From assembly GCA_044226625.1 (NCBI GenBank), contig JBGAGQ010000061.1:1-37145 (forward strand): a stretch of 37,145 nucleotides of DNA. Reading direction: 5' to 3'. This stretch comes from Thermoanaerobaculia bacterium. Its GTDB lineage: Bacteria; Acidobacteriota; Thermoanaerobaculia; Multivoradales; UBA5704. Under the pieces are notes generated by a model, which did not search any database, had not been told where the DNA came from, and worked only from the letters and a program-made list of their open reading frames with translations. Positions 1 through 10,100 of this stretch are shown here, piece after piece. Positions within the stretch are counted from its first letter, which is position 1; each line of letters starts with the position of its first letter. The position numbers and the translations under genes were made by a program.

Positions 1-1
1 C

Positions 2-211
2 AAGGGCGCGAACAAGAAACCGATCGACGAGGTGACCGCCGATACCCTCGGGCTCGGCGCCGACGCGACCGGCCTCGCGGGCTCGCGGCTGGAGATCGTC
101 TCGGTCTCCTTCCCCGAGAGCGGGCGCGGCGCGCAGATCCTCTCGGGTGACGCCGCCACGGCGGCCGGCGCGCTGGTTGAAAAGCTGCGCCAGGAAGCGA
201 GGGTGATCTGA
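2..211 (+). CDS. etfB: Electron transfer flavoprotein beta subunit, C-terminal fragment (5' truncated by window)
   Basis: Frame 2 reads KGANKKPIDEV...GAQILSGDAATAAGALVEKLRQEARVI*, typical of an ETF-beta C-terminus. The TGA (209-211) overlaps the etfA ATG (TGATG). Confidence 0.85.
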   Translation, partial: KGANKKPIDEVTADTLGLGADATGLAGSRLEIVSVSFPESGRGAQILSGDAATAAGALVEKLRQEARVI

Positions 212-1209
212 TGTCGGCCCCTTCGAACAACGTTTGGGCGGTCCTCCAACTGCGCGACGGCCAGGTTTCCCGCGCCGCGCTCGAAACGATCGCCGCGGCG
301 CAGAAGCTCGCGGCGGCCCTCGGCGGCAAGGCCGAGGCGGTGGTGCTCGGCTCCGGCGTCGGCGCGGCGGCCGAAGCGGCGGCGCAGCGCGACCTCGCGG
401 CGGTCCACGTGGCCGACCACGCCGACCTCGCCGCCTACACCCCGGGCGCCTTCCTCGGCGCGCTCGCTCCGGCGCTCCGCGCCGCGCAGCCGGCGTTCGT
501 GATCTTCGCCCACACCTACCAGACGGTCGACTACGCGCCGCGCCTCGCGCACGAGATCGGCGCCGGCCTCCTGCCGCAGATCACCGCCTTTGCGGAAGAA
601 GGGGGCGCGTTGCTCTTCTCGCGGCCGATCCTCGGCGGCAAGCTGCAGGCCAAGGTCAAGGTAAAGGGCGAGGGGACGGTGATCGTCTCGGTCCAGGCCG
701 GCGCGTTCTCGGCAGACTCCGCGGCTAGCGGTTCTGCCCCGGCGCCGATCACGCCGCTCGCCGATCTGTCGGCCGTCAAGTCCGAGCGCGAGATCCTCGG
801 CATCGAAGAGGTCGGCGGCGATCAGATCGACCTCACCAAGTCGGAGATCATCGTCGCGGTCGGCCGAGGCATCGGCGGCGGCGACAAGATGGGCCCGGTC
901 GAAGACCTCGCGAAGGCTCTGGGCGCCGAGATCGGCGCGAGCCGACCGGTGATCGACAGCGGCTGGCTCCCGCGCGATCGACAGATCGGCTCTTCGGGTC
1001 AGACCGTGGCGCCGAAGCTCTATCTCGCGCTCGGCATCTCCGGCGCGATCCAGCACCTCGTCGGCATGAAGGCGTCCTCCTGCGTGGTCGCTATCAACAA
1101 GGATCCGGGAGCGCCGATCTTCGCGGTCGCGAACTACGGCATCGTGGGGGACGTCCACGAGATCCTGCCGCCGCTCACCGCGGCGGTCAAAGCGGCCAAG
1201 GGCGCGTGA
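211..1209 (+). CDS. etfA: Electron transfer flavoprotein alpha subunit
   Basis: FAD-binding motifs [49 protein letters not shown] and [11 protein letters not shown]. Confidence 0.97.
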   Translation: MSAPSNNVWAVLQLRDGQVSRAALETIAAAQKLAAALGGKAEAVVLGSGVGAAAEAAAQRDLAAVHVADHADLAAYTPGAFLGALAPALRAAQPAFVIFAHTYQTVDYAPRLAHEIGAGLLPQITAFAEEGGALLFSRPILGGKLQAKVKVKGEGTVIVSVQAGAFSADSAASGSAPAPITPLADLSAVKSEREILGIEEVGGDQIDLTKSEIIVAVGRGIGGGDKMGPVEDLAKALGAEIGASRPVIDSGWLPRDRQIGSSGQTVAPKLYLALGISGAIQHLVGMKASSCVVAINKDPGAPIFAVANYGIVGDVHEILPPLTAAVKAAKGA

Positions 1210-1760
1210 CCGAACCTTTCGGACGGGGGGAGGCGGCGGCGGCGAGTACCAGAGACCGCATCGAAGAGCTCGTCGCCGCTCTCGGCCTCGTTCCCCATCC
1301 GGAAGGGGGCTTCTACGTCCAGACCTACCGCGCCGCCGAAACCGTTCGGGCCGAGCACCTTCCCGAGCGCTTCGGCGGCGACCGGCCGCACTCGACCGCG
1401 ATCTACTTCCTCTTGAAGAGCGGCCATCCGTCGCACCTCCATCGCCTGAAAGCCGACGAGATCTGGCACTTCCACGAAGGAAGCCCGGTCGAGATCCAGC
1501 TTCTCGAACCCGGCCTCGAACCTGGCGGAACGCACCGATCGATCCGTCTCGGCCCGGCGATCTCCGAAGGCGAGACCTTCCAAGCCCTGATCCCCGCCGG
1601 TACCTGGTTCGGAGCGGAGGTCGTGGAGCCGGATGCCTACACGCTCGTCGGCTGCACCGTGGCCCCCGGTTTCGATTTCGCCGATTTCGAGCTGGGAAGG
1701 CGCGAGACGCTGCTCGCCGAATACCCCGCGCATCGCACCCTCATCGAACGCCTCGCCTGA
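1206..1760 (+). CDS. Cupin_5 / DUF985 family protein
   Basis: LGLVPHPEGGFY, TAIYFLL, HLHRLKADEIWHFHEG and LVGCTVAPGFDFADFEL motifs. GTG start overlaps the etfA stop (GTGA). Confidence 0.92.
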   Translation: MTEPFGRGEAAAASTRDRIEELVAALGLVPHPEGGFYVQTYRAAETVRAEHLPERFGGDRPHSTAIYFLLKSGHPSHLHRLKADEIWHFHEGSPVEIQLLEPGLEPGGTHRSIRLGPAISEGETFQALIPAGTWFGAEVVEPDAYTLVGCTVAPGFDFADFELGRRETLLAEYPAHRTLIERLA

Positions 1761-1852
1761 TCGTTTGGAAAGGGGCCACGCGTCGCCCCACTCCCGTGCG
1801 ACGGCGGCCGCGGATCTCGGTTGCTTTATGATCCGCGTCTAGACCTCCCACC

Positions 1853-2230
1853 ATGAGCGACCACGACCTCCGGAACATGCGGAAGATGTTGTTTCAGCTG
1901 ATCCAGGCGACGGGGCTTGCCGATCGCCAGGTGGAAGATGCGATGGGGCTCGGCCATGGCCGGCTCGGCCGGCTTTACGACGGGTCGATGGAGATCAAGC
2001 TGCGCCACCTGCTCGGGCTCGCGCGGCGCTTGAAACTCTCTCCCGGCGAGCTGGTCTCGATGGGCTCGCCGGAGACGGAGGAGCTCAAACAGCGTCGCGT
2101 CGCCGATCTGCTAGGCATCGCCGCCGAACAGAGCCCGCGGAAGGCAGCGGCGGAACCGGACGATTTGGACGAACGCATCCGTCGCCTCGCCCGCGAAGAG
2201 ATCGCCGCGGCCGCGGGACCGAAGGAATAG
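1853..2230 (+). CDS. Small HTH (XRE-like) DNA-binding protein
   Basis: 125 aa. LIQATGLADRQVEDAMGLGHGRLGRLYDGSMEIKLRHLLGLARRL resembles an XRE/Cro helix-turn-helix; short C-terminal helix (LDERIRRLAREEI). TATGAT lies upstream. Confidence 0.65.
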   Translation: MSDHDLRNMRKMLFQLIQATGLADRQVEDAMGLGHGRLGRLYDGSMEIKLRHLLGLARRLKLSPGELVSMGSPETEELKQRRVADLLGIAAEQSPRKAAAEPDDLDERIRRLAREEIAAAAGPKE

Positions 2231-2289
2231 CCGGGTCGACGAAGTCTCGGCCTTCGAAACGCGGTTTCGTCCCGGAAAAAGTCACCCTG

Positions 2290-2660
2290 GGGCGGAAAAT
2301 TCGATATTCGGAGCGGGAATGCCCCGTTCTGCCGGGGAAGCGCCCGCTCTGGCGAGAGATCGCCCGTTTTGGCGAGCGGCACTGGAATGTCATCTTGGGA
2401 AATCGAAATCCAACCTAAATTCGCCCCGTTTTGGCGAAGTTCCGCCCGCCTTGGTCCCGAGCCGCCCGCATTGACCTCCAGGACGTTCTCGGAGAGCAGA
2501 AAGCGCCCAATTGGGTGAAAGAGCGCCCATCCCGGTGGAGAACTGCCCATTTTGGCGAGAATCGACGCTCGGGAAGCGGGAGCCGCCGGTCGCCAGCCTG
2601 AATCGGCCCGTTTTGGCGAAGATCCGCCCGGTTTTGCCAGGAATTCGCCAGCCGAGGGAG
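2290..2660. repeat. Degenerate ~20-21 bp quasi-palindromic tandem repeat array (consensus about AATCGCCCGTTTTGGCGAGA)
   Basis: GCCC-containing unit cores recur in runs 20 nt apart (2321/2341/2361, 2421/2441/2461, 2501/2521/2541, 2601/2621) with slight phase drift. TTTTGGCGA occurs four times. Confidence 0.6.
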
Positions 2661-2789
2661 AAGCGGCGTTTTCGGCCCGAGAGCGCTTCCGGTCGCTGCA
2701 AAAATCGCTCCGCCGCCACGTTTTACGTTCCACCCCTGCGCGGCGAATTCTGGGATCGGGCGGCGGGCCGCGGCGCGTCTCGTGGCGCC

Positions 2790-2795
2790 TATAAT
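2790..2795 (+). promoter_or_regulatory. Sigma70-type -10 box TATAAT, 10 nt upstream of ATG 2806
   Basis: Perfect TATAAT in GC-rich context, with no Shine-Dalgarno before the ATG. Confidence 0.5.
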
Positions 2796-2805
2796 CCCCG
2801 CCGGC

Positions 2806-3042
2806 ATGGCGCGCTTCGACCTCGACGACTATTTCGGGCCCGAATGGGCTGAGTGGTGTCGAATGACGCCTCAGCAGCGATGGAACGAGAGCGCGCGCCT
2901 CTGGCACCACTACGTTGCGATGGGAGGCTCCCTTGATCCCGAGCCCGATCCGCAAAGCCCTTTCTACGATCCGGAGACATCGGGTCGCCCACCTGTTGAT
3001 GGGCGGCCAGGCCTGCGTGTTGTACGGCGCAGCGGAATTTAG
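2806..3042 (+). CDS. Small hypothetical protein, putative partner/antitoxin of the downstream nucleotidyltransferase
   Basis: 78 aa, MARFDLDDYFGPEWAEWCRMTPQQRWNES...GGSLDPEPDPQSPF. The 'MTPxQR' short-protein type commonly precedes such nucleotidyltransferases. Confidence 0.6.
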   Translation: MARFDLDDYFGPEWAEWCRMTPQQRWNESARLWHHYVAMGGSLDPEPDPQSPFYDPETSGRPPVDGRPGLRVVRRSGI

Positions 3043-3694
3043 TCGCGACCTCGACCTCGCGCTGCTGCCGGAACCGGACAACCTCGATCGCTTGGAGGCC
3101 GCTCTCGCAGAGCTCGATGTAGAAGTCATCGCCGTCCCTCCCTTTTCGCTTCAGCATCTGACCGAGGGCCTCGCCGTTCAGTTTCGCTGCATGCATCCGG
3201 AAGTGTCGGGTCTTCGGATCGACTTGATGGCCCATATGCGAGGGGTCGGGCCGTTCTCCGAGCTTTGGGAGCGGCGAACCAGCTTCAGTTTCGATGATGG
3301 AGAGTCGATTGAGGTGTTGGCATTGCCGGACCTCGTGATGGCGAGAAAGACGCAGCGCGATAAGGACTGGCCGATGATCCGGAGGCTGGTGGACGTCAAC
3401 TACTTGAACCACCAGACCGAGCAGACGTCGCAACGCGTTACGTTCTGGCTTCGGGAGCTTCGTTCTCCCGGATTTCTCGTCGATGTGGCAAGTGAGCACC
3501 CCAAGGACGCCGCTGCTCAGGCAGGAGAACGGCCTCTTCTTCACGTGGCGACCCCAGAGGGGCTAGCGAGTGGCGATCTGGAGCGGGCGCTTCGCGACGA
3601 GGAGGCTTCGGAGCGGCAGCGGGACGAGGCGTATTGGAAGCCTCTGCGCATGCAGATCGAACGGCTGCGGCAGGAGCGGGCTAGAAACGGATGA
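2933..3694 (+). CDS. Nucleotidyltransferase-superfamily protein (DUF6036/AbiEii-like)
   Basis: LLMGGQACVLYG...FSRDLDL (GG plus DxD), RIDL, and LVMARKTQRDKDW (K...RxKD). TTG start at 2933 with GGAGG 5 nt upstream. Confidence 0.8.
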   Translation: MIPSPIRKALSTIRRHRVAHLLMGGQACVLYGAAEFSRDLDLALLPEPDNLDRLEAALAELDVEVIAVPPFSLQHLTEGLAVQFRCMHPEVSGLRIDLMAHMRGVGPFSELWERRTSFSFDDGESIEVLALPDLVMARKTQRDKDWPMIRRLVDVNYLNHQTEQTSQRVTFWLRELRSPGFLVDVASEHPKDAAAQAGERPLLHVATPEGLASGDLERALRDEEASERQRDEAYWKPLRMQIERLRQERARNG

Positions 3695-3818
3695 ATGCGT
3701 GCTGGCTGCGATGTCGAAGGCAAAAAGCGCCAGGCTGGAGCTTGGCGCGCCCAGGAGGTTTCTTCGTTCGACGGTTCCGTTCGACGAGCCCGGCCTCTAT
3801 AGGCCACCCTGTCCGACC

Positions 3819-4301
3819 TTGACCTTCGAAAAAGCCCTCCCCGTAACCCTGAGGCCCAGCCGAGCGAAGTGGGTGGGCGCTCTGCTGGTCAGCTCGGCGT
3901 TTTTCGCCGTCGGCCTCTTGATGGTTGGGCTAGGAGAGCCGAAAGGTTACTTCTGCGCCGGATTTTTCGGGTTGTGCTCGGCGGTCTTCGGGGTGACTCT
4001 TCATCCCAAGGCCGCATACCTCGAGCTGACGGCCGAAGGATTCACGTTCTGCAGCCTGTTTCGCGCGCACACCTTGCGCTGGGAGCACGTGAGCGACTTC
4101 GGCGTCGCCGTCGTCGGTTTGAACCGATTCGTGGGGTGGAATTTTGCGCCCGGGTACCCCGGGCCCGAACGCGGCCGGGCTCTCTCGAGGTCGCTGTCCG
4201 GCTTCGAGGCGGCCCTGCCGCTGGCCTACGGCATGAACCTTCGGGATCTGGCGCAGTGGATGGAAGAGATCCGCAGACAGGCCGCGGATCCCGAACGCTG
4301 A
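3819..4301 (+). CDS. Membrane protein with two TM helices and a bacterial PH-like domain (STM3941-like)
   Basis: Two hydrophobic segments followed by YLELTAEGF...LRWEHV. Start uncertain (TTG 3819 or ATG 3711). Confidence 0.65.
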   Translation: MTFEKALPVTLRPSRAKWVGALLVSSAFFAVGLLMVGLGEPKGYFCAGFFGLCSAVFGVTLHPKAAYLELTAEGFTFCSLFRAHTLRWEHVSDFGVAVVGLNRFVGWNFAPGYPGPERGRALSRSLSGFEAALPLAYGMNLRDLAQWMEEIRRQAADPER

Positions 4302-4342
4302 AATCTGTGCCTCCGCCCTGCCCGCGCGAGCGGTAGCGCTTC

Positions 4343-4370
4343 GGGCGGCCTTCGCAACCGAGGGCCGCTC
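4343..4370. terminator. 12-bp GC-rich hairpin between convergent genes
   Basis: GGGCGGCCTTCG-CAAC-CGAGGGCCGCTC; no clear U-tract. Confidence 0.35.
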
Positions 4371-4389
4371 CTCAAAGCGCCGTGTTTCC

Positions 4390-6291
4390 TCAGTCCTCCG
4401 CCAGCACCACGATCCGATCGTCCGCCGTGAACGACAGCACGTCGGTCTTCACCGGATTGAGCTTGATGCCGTAGGCCGCGTCGGCGTTCTTCATGTCGGC
4501 GGCGATGCGGTAGCCGATTGCCGATTCGCCGCGACGGCGGGCGGCTTCGATCACGGTGTAGAAATCGACGGGAGTGCCGGGGCGGACGTAAGCCGCGGCG
4601 GGCTTCAAGTAGATCTCGCTCCCCTCCGGATCGAGCAGGTCGTCGAACACCGCGGCGAGGCGCTTGTTCTCGGAGATCTGCGCGAGCATCAAGCTGATCA
4701 GGCGGTCGCTGACGATGAAGTCGTCCGCCTTCGTGACCTCGGCGAGGGCGCGGTTCCGGACGTCGAGCATTTCGCTGACGATCGAGAACGCGCGGCCCTT
4801 CTGCTCGCCGATCTCGCGCAGGTGGAGGAGCGTGACCAGGGTCTTCGCGTCCGCCCGCTGCTCTTCGAGGTGGTCGGCGTACGACAGCACGATGATGTGG
4901 TCGAAGTTCTCGAGGCCGAGCCCGTCGAGCAGGCGGCGGTCGGAGGTGTCGCCTTCGATCAGGGTGATCTTCATGTTCGGCGATTCGCCGATCGAGGCGA
5001 TCAGATCGGCCGTCTCGGGCACCTCGGAGACGACGGTCGCGTGCGAGTCCGGGGCGACGTACTGCGACAGCTCGGAAAGGATCTTCGTCGCGCGCCAGTT
5101 CCAGCCGAGGATCAACGTCCCTTCCGGCTCCTGCGGCACGTCGACGCCGTTCTGGATCGCGTCCTCTTTGTAAGGGTGCGTCTCCGTCGACAGGTGGATC
5201 GAATCGTCGTCCTGGGCCACCAGGACGAGCCTCTCGCCCGTGGCGATCCGATGGTCCATCGGCGGATTGAGACGCGGCTTGCCGTTGGCCGGCGCGATGC
5301 CCATCACGGCCGAATCGTTGAAGGCGACCAGCGATTCGGCGTAGGTCTTGCCGACCAGCGACGGCTCTTCGCGGAAGTAGATCTCGTCGCCGCCGAAGTC
5401 GAACAGCTCGGTGTAGATGACCGAGAGGCCGGACTGCCGGCAGGTCTGGGCGATGATGCGCGAGATCAGGTCGCCCACGAGGAGCAGCTCCACCTCGTCG
5501 CGGCCGACCATGCGAGCGACCTCGACGTTCTTCGGATCGCGGATCTCGGCGACCACGTGGTAGGGCTCGGCCCGGCGGTCGGGGGCGTTGGTGATCGCGA
5601 GCAGGGTCTTGATCACGCTCGCGTCGGGATCGTCCCCTTCGGGCGACAGGACGACGATCGAGCGCGAGCTCTGAAGGCTCACGATCTTCAGATCGGCGAG
5701 GTCGATTGGGCTTCCCGAGCGGCAGACGATCCGGGTCCGGCCGGTCGGTCCGATGCGCTCGGCGATCTCGTCCTCCATCTCCGCTTTGTCGTGATCTCCC
5801 ATGACGACCACGCAAGCGTCTTTCCGGCTCTCGTTCGCGAGCAACAGCTCGGAGAGGATCGGGAAGATCTGCTGGGACCAGCCGAGGATGATCGTGTGCT
5901 CCGACTCGATGACCCGCGAGCGTCCTTTGCGCAGGTCGGAGAGCTTCCCTTCGAGGCCGTTGTTCAAGACGCCGATCAGGGTCGAAACCGTGAACACGCC
6001 GCCCAGGGTGACCGCAAGCATCGCGCCGAGGAACCAGACGCTGCCGGTGTCGCCGCCCATCGTCCCGGTGTCGAGCGTGCGGAGGAGCCCCATCCAGGCG
6101 AGCGCCAGGAAGCCGAGCTGCTTGCCGTCCTCGCCGGCCGGCGCGACGTGGGCGAGAGCCACGATCCCGGCGATCGAAAGCACCATGATGGCCGAAGCGA
6201 CGAACAGCGCGAGCAGCAGCGCCCCCGTTCCCTTGGCCATGAAATTGTCGAAGCGATAGCGCCAACGGTCGCGCCAGGTGACCTGTTCCAC
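4390..6291 (-). CDS. CASTOR/POLLUX (DMI1)-related ion channel with RCK/TrkA-N domains
   Basis: WRYRFDNFMAKG, pore region LDTGTMGGD, LRKGRSRVIESEHTIILGW, CRSGSP, QTCRQSGLSVIYTELFDFGGDEIYF and EGSEIYLKP. GTG start with GAGGAGG RBS. Confidence 0.92.
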   Translation of the reverse strand: MEQVTWRDRWRYRFDNFMAKGTGALLLALFVASAIMVLSIAGIVALAHVAPAGEDGKQLGFLALAWMGLLRTLDTGTMGGDTGSVWFLGAMLAVTLGGVFTVSTLIGVLNNGLEGKLSDLRKGRSRVIESEHTIILGWSQQIFPILSELLLANESRKDACVVVMGDHDKAEMEDEIAERIGPTGRTRIVCRSGSPIDLADLKIVSLQSSRSIVVLSPEGDDPDASVIKTLLAITNAPDRRAEPYHVVAEIRDPKNVEVARMVGRDEVELLLVGDLISRIIAQTCRQSGLSVIYTELFDFGGDEIYFREEPSLVGKTYAESLVAFNDSAVMGIAPANGKPRLNPPMDHRIATGERLVLVAQDDDSIHLSTETHPYKEDAIQNGVDVPQEPEGTLILGWNWRATKILSELSQYVAPDSHATVVSEVPETADLIASIGESPNMKITLIEGDTSDRRLLDGLGLENFDHIIVLSYADHLEEQRADAKTLVTLLHLREIGEQKGRAFSIVSEMLDVRNRALAEVTKADDFIVSDRLISLMLAQISENKRLAAVFDDLLDPEGSEIYLKPAAAYVRPGTPVDFYTVIEAARRRGESAIGYRIAADMKNADAAYGIKLNPVKTDVLSFTADDRIVVLAED

Positions 6292-6500
6292 GGCAGTCCC
6301 TCCTCAAAAAGGGGAAAAAGATGGTCGCCTAAGCGTAAGCCGCGGCGCGGTGGCGGGCAAGGGGAGACTTGGGTCGAGGCAGGGAGGCCGGGCTCAAAAG
6401 CCCAAACCGGGAAGCCGATCGGAGGGCTGGGTAGGACTCTTGGGAACGGGGCCGGTACGGCAAGAGCCCCGTTCGCGAGATAGGAATGGAGACCCCGAAA

Positions 6501-6716
6501 TTAGAATGGGCAGGTGAAGCAAGCTGAGCAATCCGAGCGGCTGGGACAGGTGGCACCGGGGTTCGTGCACCAGCAGGTGCCCCGGGCGGTATCAGGGCAC
6601 GTTTCGGGGATATCGGTGGGGCCCGTCCCGTAACGCCCGAGCACCGAATGTTCAACCGGCTCAAGTGCGTGCAGTGTTTCCTTGGCCAACCTCAGTCTCC
6701 TGGTCTGCTTACGCAT
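6501..6716 (-). CDS. Putative RiPP (lanthipeptide-like) precursor peptide B, 71 aa
   Basis: Leader MRKQTRRLRLAKETLHAL..VLG; core with 7 Cys and many Ser/Thr; purine-rich RBS. Confidence 0.75.
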   Translation of the reverse strand: MRKQTRRLRLAKETLHALEPVEHSVLGRYGTGPTDIPETCPDTARGTCWCTNPGATCPSRSDCSACFTCPF

Positions 6717-6803
6717 CCCTTGCCCCTTCTTCGCTGTTCGACAGTTGGGTAGAGAACCCCGGTGTTCTTCGCCGCGACCCAGTCTCTCGGACGGATCGAG
6801 CGC

Positions 6804-7010
6804 TTAGCAGACGTCGACGGAGTTGTAGCAGGAGTCGGTGTAGCCGCTGCAGTAGACCGAGGCCGTCGGTCCCGAACAGGTGAATTCGACCGAATACGTA
6901 CAGGAGTCGATCGGCATTCCGCTGATGGCTCCGCGGGCATCCTTGAGGTTGCCTGCCGTGAGGGCTCGAACGGTCTCTTTCGCCAGCTTCAACCGGGCTT
7001 GCTTTTTCAT
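6804..7010 (-). CDS. Putative RiPP (lanthipeptide-like) precursor peptide A, 68 aa
   Basis: MKKQARLKLAKETVRALTAGNLKDARGA-ISGMPIDSCTYSVEFTCSGPTASVYCSGYTDSCYNSVDVC, with AAAGGAG RBS. It is hidden at the 3' end of spurious ORF 6804..10748. Confidence 0.8.
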   Translation of the reverse strand: MKKQARLKLAKETVRALTAGNLKDARGAISGMPIDSCTYSVEFTCSGPTASVYCSGYTDSCYNSVDVC

Positions 7011-7135
7011 GCGCCTCTCCTTTCGGGGAACTCGTTGAAAGACGGCTGGATGGGGTTGCCTCTGGGCTCCGTATACATCCAGTGCGCGCCAAGGCCCTCC
7101 GCGCGCCGCACGAGGCAGGACTTCGGCTCGTCTCC

Positions 7136-10100
7136 CTATCGACTTCCCGGGGTGGCGCCCTTTGGCGTCTTCGCCTTCGTTCCCTTCCCTTTCGCTCCCT
7201 TCCCCGCCTGCACCTCCCGCGGCAGCCCCGCCAGCCGCCTCTGCGCGAGCGTGAACGCGCTCACCCCCAGAAACTCCTTCGGCTTTTCCACCCGGCCGTA
7301 GTAGGCGCGGGCCTGGTCGGGGAGGCCGTAGGTTTCGGCGATGCGGCCGAGGACGTACCAGTCGGAATCGTCCGCCTTCTTGTCGCCCGCTTCGACGGAT
7401 TGGACGAGGGCTCGGTAGGCCTCGGTCGGGCGGTTGAGCTCGGCGTAGACGGAGGCGAGGGTGTGGAGGATCGCGCGGCTCCCGTTGTCGCTCATCTCGG
7501 CGGCGCGGGAGGCGTCGCGGAGCGCCTGCTCGGCGACGGGCGGCGCGAACAGCTGGTTCCAGGCGAGGCGGTTCCAGTCGCCGGGCTCCGACTTGCCGCG
7601 GTCGACGAGCTCGCGGGTGAGCTGGATCGAGCGCGGCACGTCGCCCTGGAAGTCGGCGAGGTCGGCGAGCATGCGGACTGCGGTGGGATCGTTCGGCTTC
7701 TGGGCGAGGCGCGCCTGGACGCGCGGGAGGATCGCCGAGGCGCGCCCGAGGTCGTGGTACGTCGCGGCGAGCGCGGACAGCGCGCGGTCCGAGCCCGGTT
7801 GGGCGTCGGCGAGACGCTCGAGAATTGGCGCGAGGTCGTTCCAGCGCTCGAGCTGCGCGAGCGCCTTCCAGGTGGCGAGGTCGAACGCCAGGGCGGTCTC
7901 GCCGCTCGCGGTGGCGCGGAGAGCCGCGACCTTCTCGAGGCCGCTCGCGAGCACGGTGCGCTCGCCCGGCTTGAGCGGACCGTCGCCGAACGTGACGAGC
8001 AGCACCGTGGCGGCCGCGCGGATCGCTTCGAGGTCGCCTGCCACCCCGGCGGTCCAAAGGCGAGCGAGCGGCTTCTTCGCGTACGGATCCGCACTCTCGG
8101 TCTCCGGCGTCTCCTCGCGCGCCCAGTCGAGCCAGCGGCGGGCGTCGTCGAGCTGGCCCGCCTCGGCGAGCTCGAGGACCAGGCGGCCGACCGGCGCCCA
8201 GTCCTTGTCGTCGGTGAGCATGCGGTACTTGCCGTCTTCGAGCAGGGCGAAGAAGGTGAAGGAAAAGCCGTTCGGGACCCCGTCGACCCGCGAACGGACC
8301 CGGTATCCCAGGCGGTCGTCGCCGGCGACGTCGGAGTGGAGCAGGTGAACGATCATGTCGACGCCGACCTGCACGACCTCTTCGCCCGCCTCGCCGGATT
8401 TCTCGGCGATGTTCTCGAAGAGATCCTTCGCTTGAAACGCCTTGGCCTCGTCCTCGAGCTCGGCCGGCAGGAGCCGCCGCGAGAGGTAGTCCTTGAGCTC
8501 CTCCGGGGAGAGCTGCTTCTTGAACGCGAGCACCAACAGGCGGGCGAACAGCGTGGCCGGCTTGCGCTCCGGCACCTCGGCCTCCTCCCAACGCCGGACG
8601 CTCGCGAGCTGCTGCATCGCGGAGAGGCCGGCGCTGTTGGACGCGAGCGAGGCGAGGATGTCGAACAACTTCGCCGCTTCGGGGTAGCGCCGCTTCTTGA
8701 CCAGCTGCTGGGCGGAGAAGGCGATGATCCGCGCGCGCTCGTCGCGATCGGCGACGCTCCGCGCGAGGCGCGAGGCGGCGTCGGGACCGTCCTTGAGCGC
8801 GACCGCCGCGGCGAGATATTGCTGCCGCGTCGCCGAGACCTCGAGCTTGCCGGCGAACTGCTTGAGCTCGTCGAGCGCGCCTCGCTCGAGGAGGTTGTTC
8901 ATCAGGTTGACGTTGACCCCCGTGAGCCCCTTGTCGTGCAGCTCGCGATAGAGCTTGCCCGCCTCTTCGAGGCCGGCTCCCTGGCCGTACTGCCGCCCGG
9001 CATCGTTGTACTCGAGGAGGATCGCGAGGTCGGCTTTGGCGATGTCGTTCTCGGGATCGAGCGCCACCGCTTTGCGATAGGCAGCGATCGAGCCCGGGCG
9101 GTCGAAGCCTCCTTCGCCGCGCAGACGGCCGAGGGGATCGTGCTGGAGCACCCAGCCCAGGTTCTGGTGCGCCGCGGCGAGCTTCGGCGAGAGGGCGACG
9201 GCGCGCTGCGCCTCGACCTTCGCGGCCTCCTGGAGACCGCCGGCGAGCAACGCGCGCGAGACCTGGAGGGGATAGAGCCCACGGTCGGGATAGCGCGCCG
9301 CGAGCCCGCGATATTCGTCGAGCGCCGTCGCCACTTTGCCCTGGCTGAGCGCGGCCGAGCCCACCTGATCGAAGTAGAGGAGGATCGGTTCGCCTTGGGC
9401 GAGCGCGAGCGTCTTTTCGCGCATCGCTTCGAACTCGGCCGGGGAGAGCCGGACCTTGCCGCTGTCGAAGCGGAAGTAGGCCTCGAGCTTGCCGTCCGTC
9501 AGCGTCCGGTAGCGCCGTTCGAGCGTCGCGGTTCCGAGCGCCTCGGTCTTCGACTCGGGCAGCTCGCGCACGGCAAAACCTGGAGGCGCCTGGATCTCGT
9601 AGCGCCACTGGGTCACGAACGGCTCGCGGAAGACGTACGGCTGCTTGCGCGCAGTCTTTGGGGCATCCTCGGGAGCGGCGCCTGCCTTCGAAGCGTCGGC
9701 CGTCGGCGTTTCCGTGGCGTCGGCTTCCTCCGTCTCGTCGAGCTCCGGCTCGTCGGTCTCGTCTTCGGTGCCTTCGGGGTCCTCGGCGACGAAGACGCGA
9801 GGCAGGCGCTCGATCAGGTTCTCGAGCCGGATGCCCACGGCGGCCTCGTTCAGATCGGTCGAGCCGCGCGGCGAGTCGGGGAGCTCGAGCCGGGTGCGGA
9901 ACGGTTGCGAAAGATCCCGCTCGCCCTCCATCGTGTAGGGGCCGATCTGATCGGTGAGGAAGTACGCCTTCGCGTAGCTCGCGAGCCACTCCTTGCGCGC
10001 CTTCTCTTCGGACTGACCGAGATTGCGGCGCGCCCAGATCTCGAGGTCGCCGTGGTAGACGTTCTCCTCGACGATCTTCGCGTGGCCCAGGTCGGCGAGC

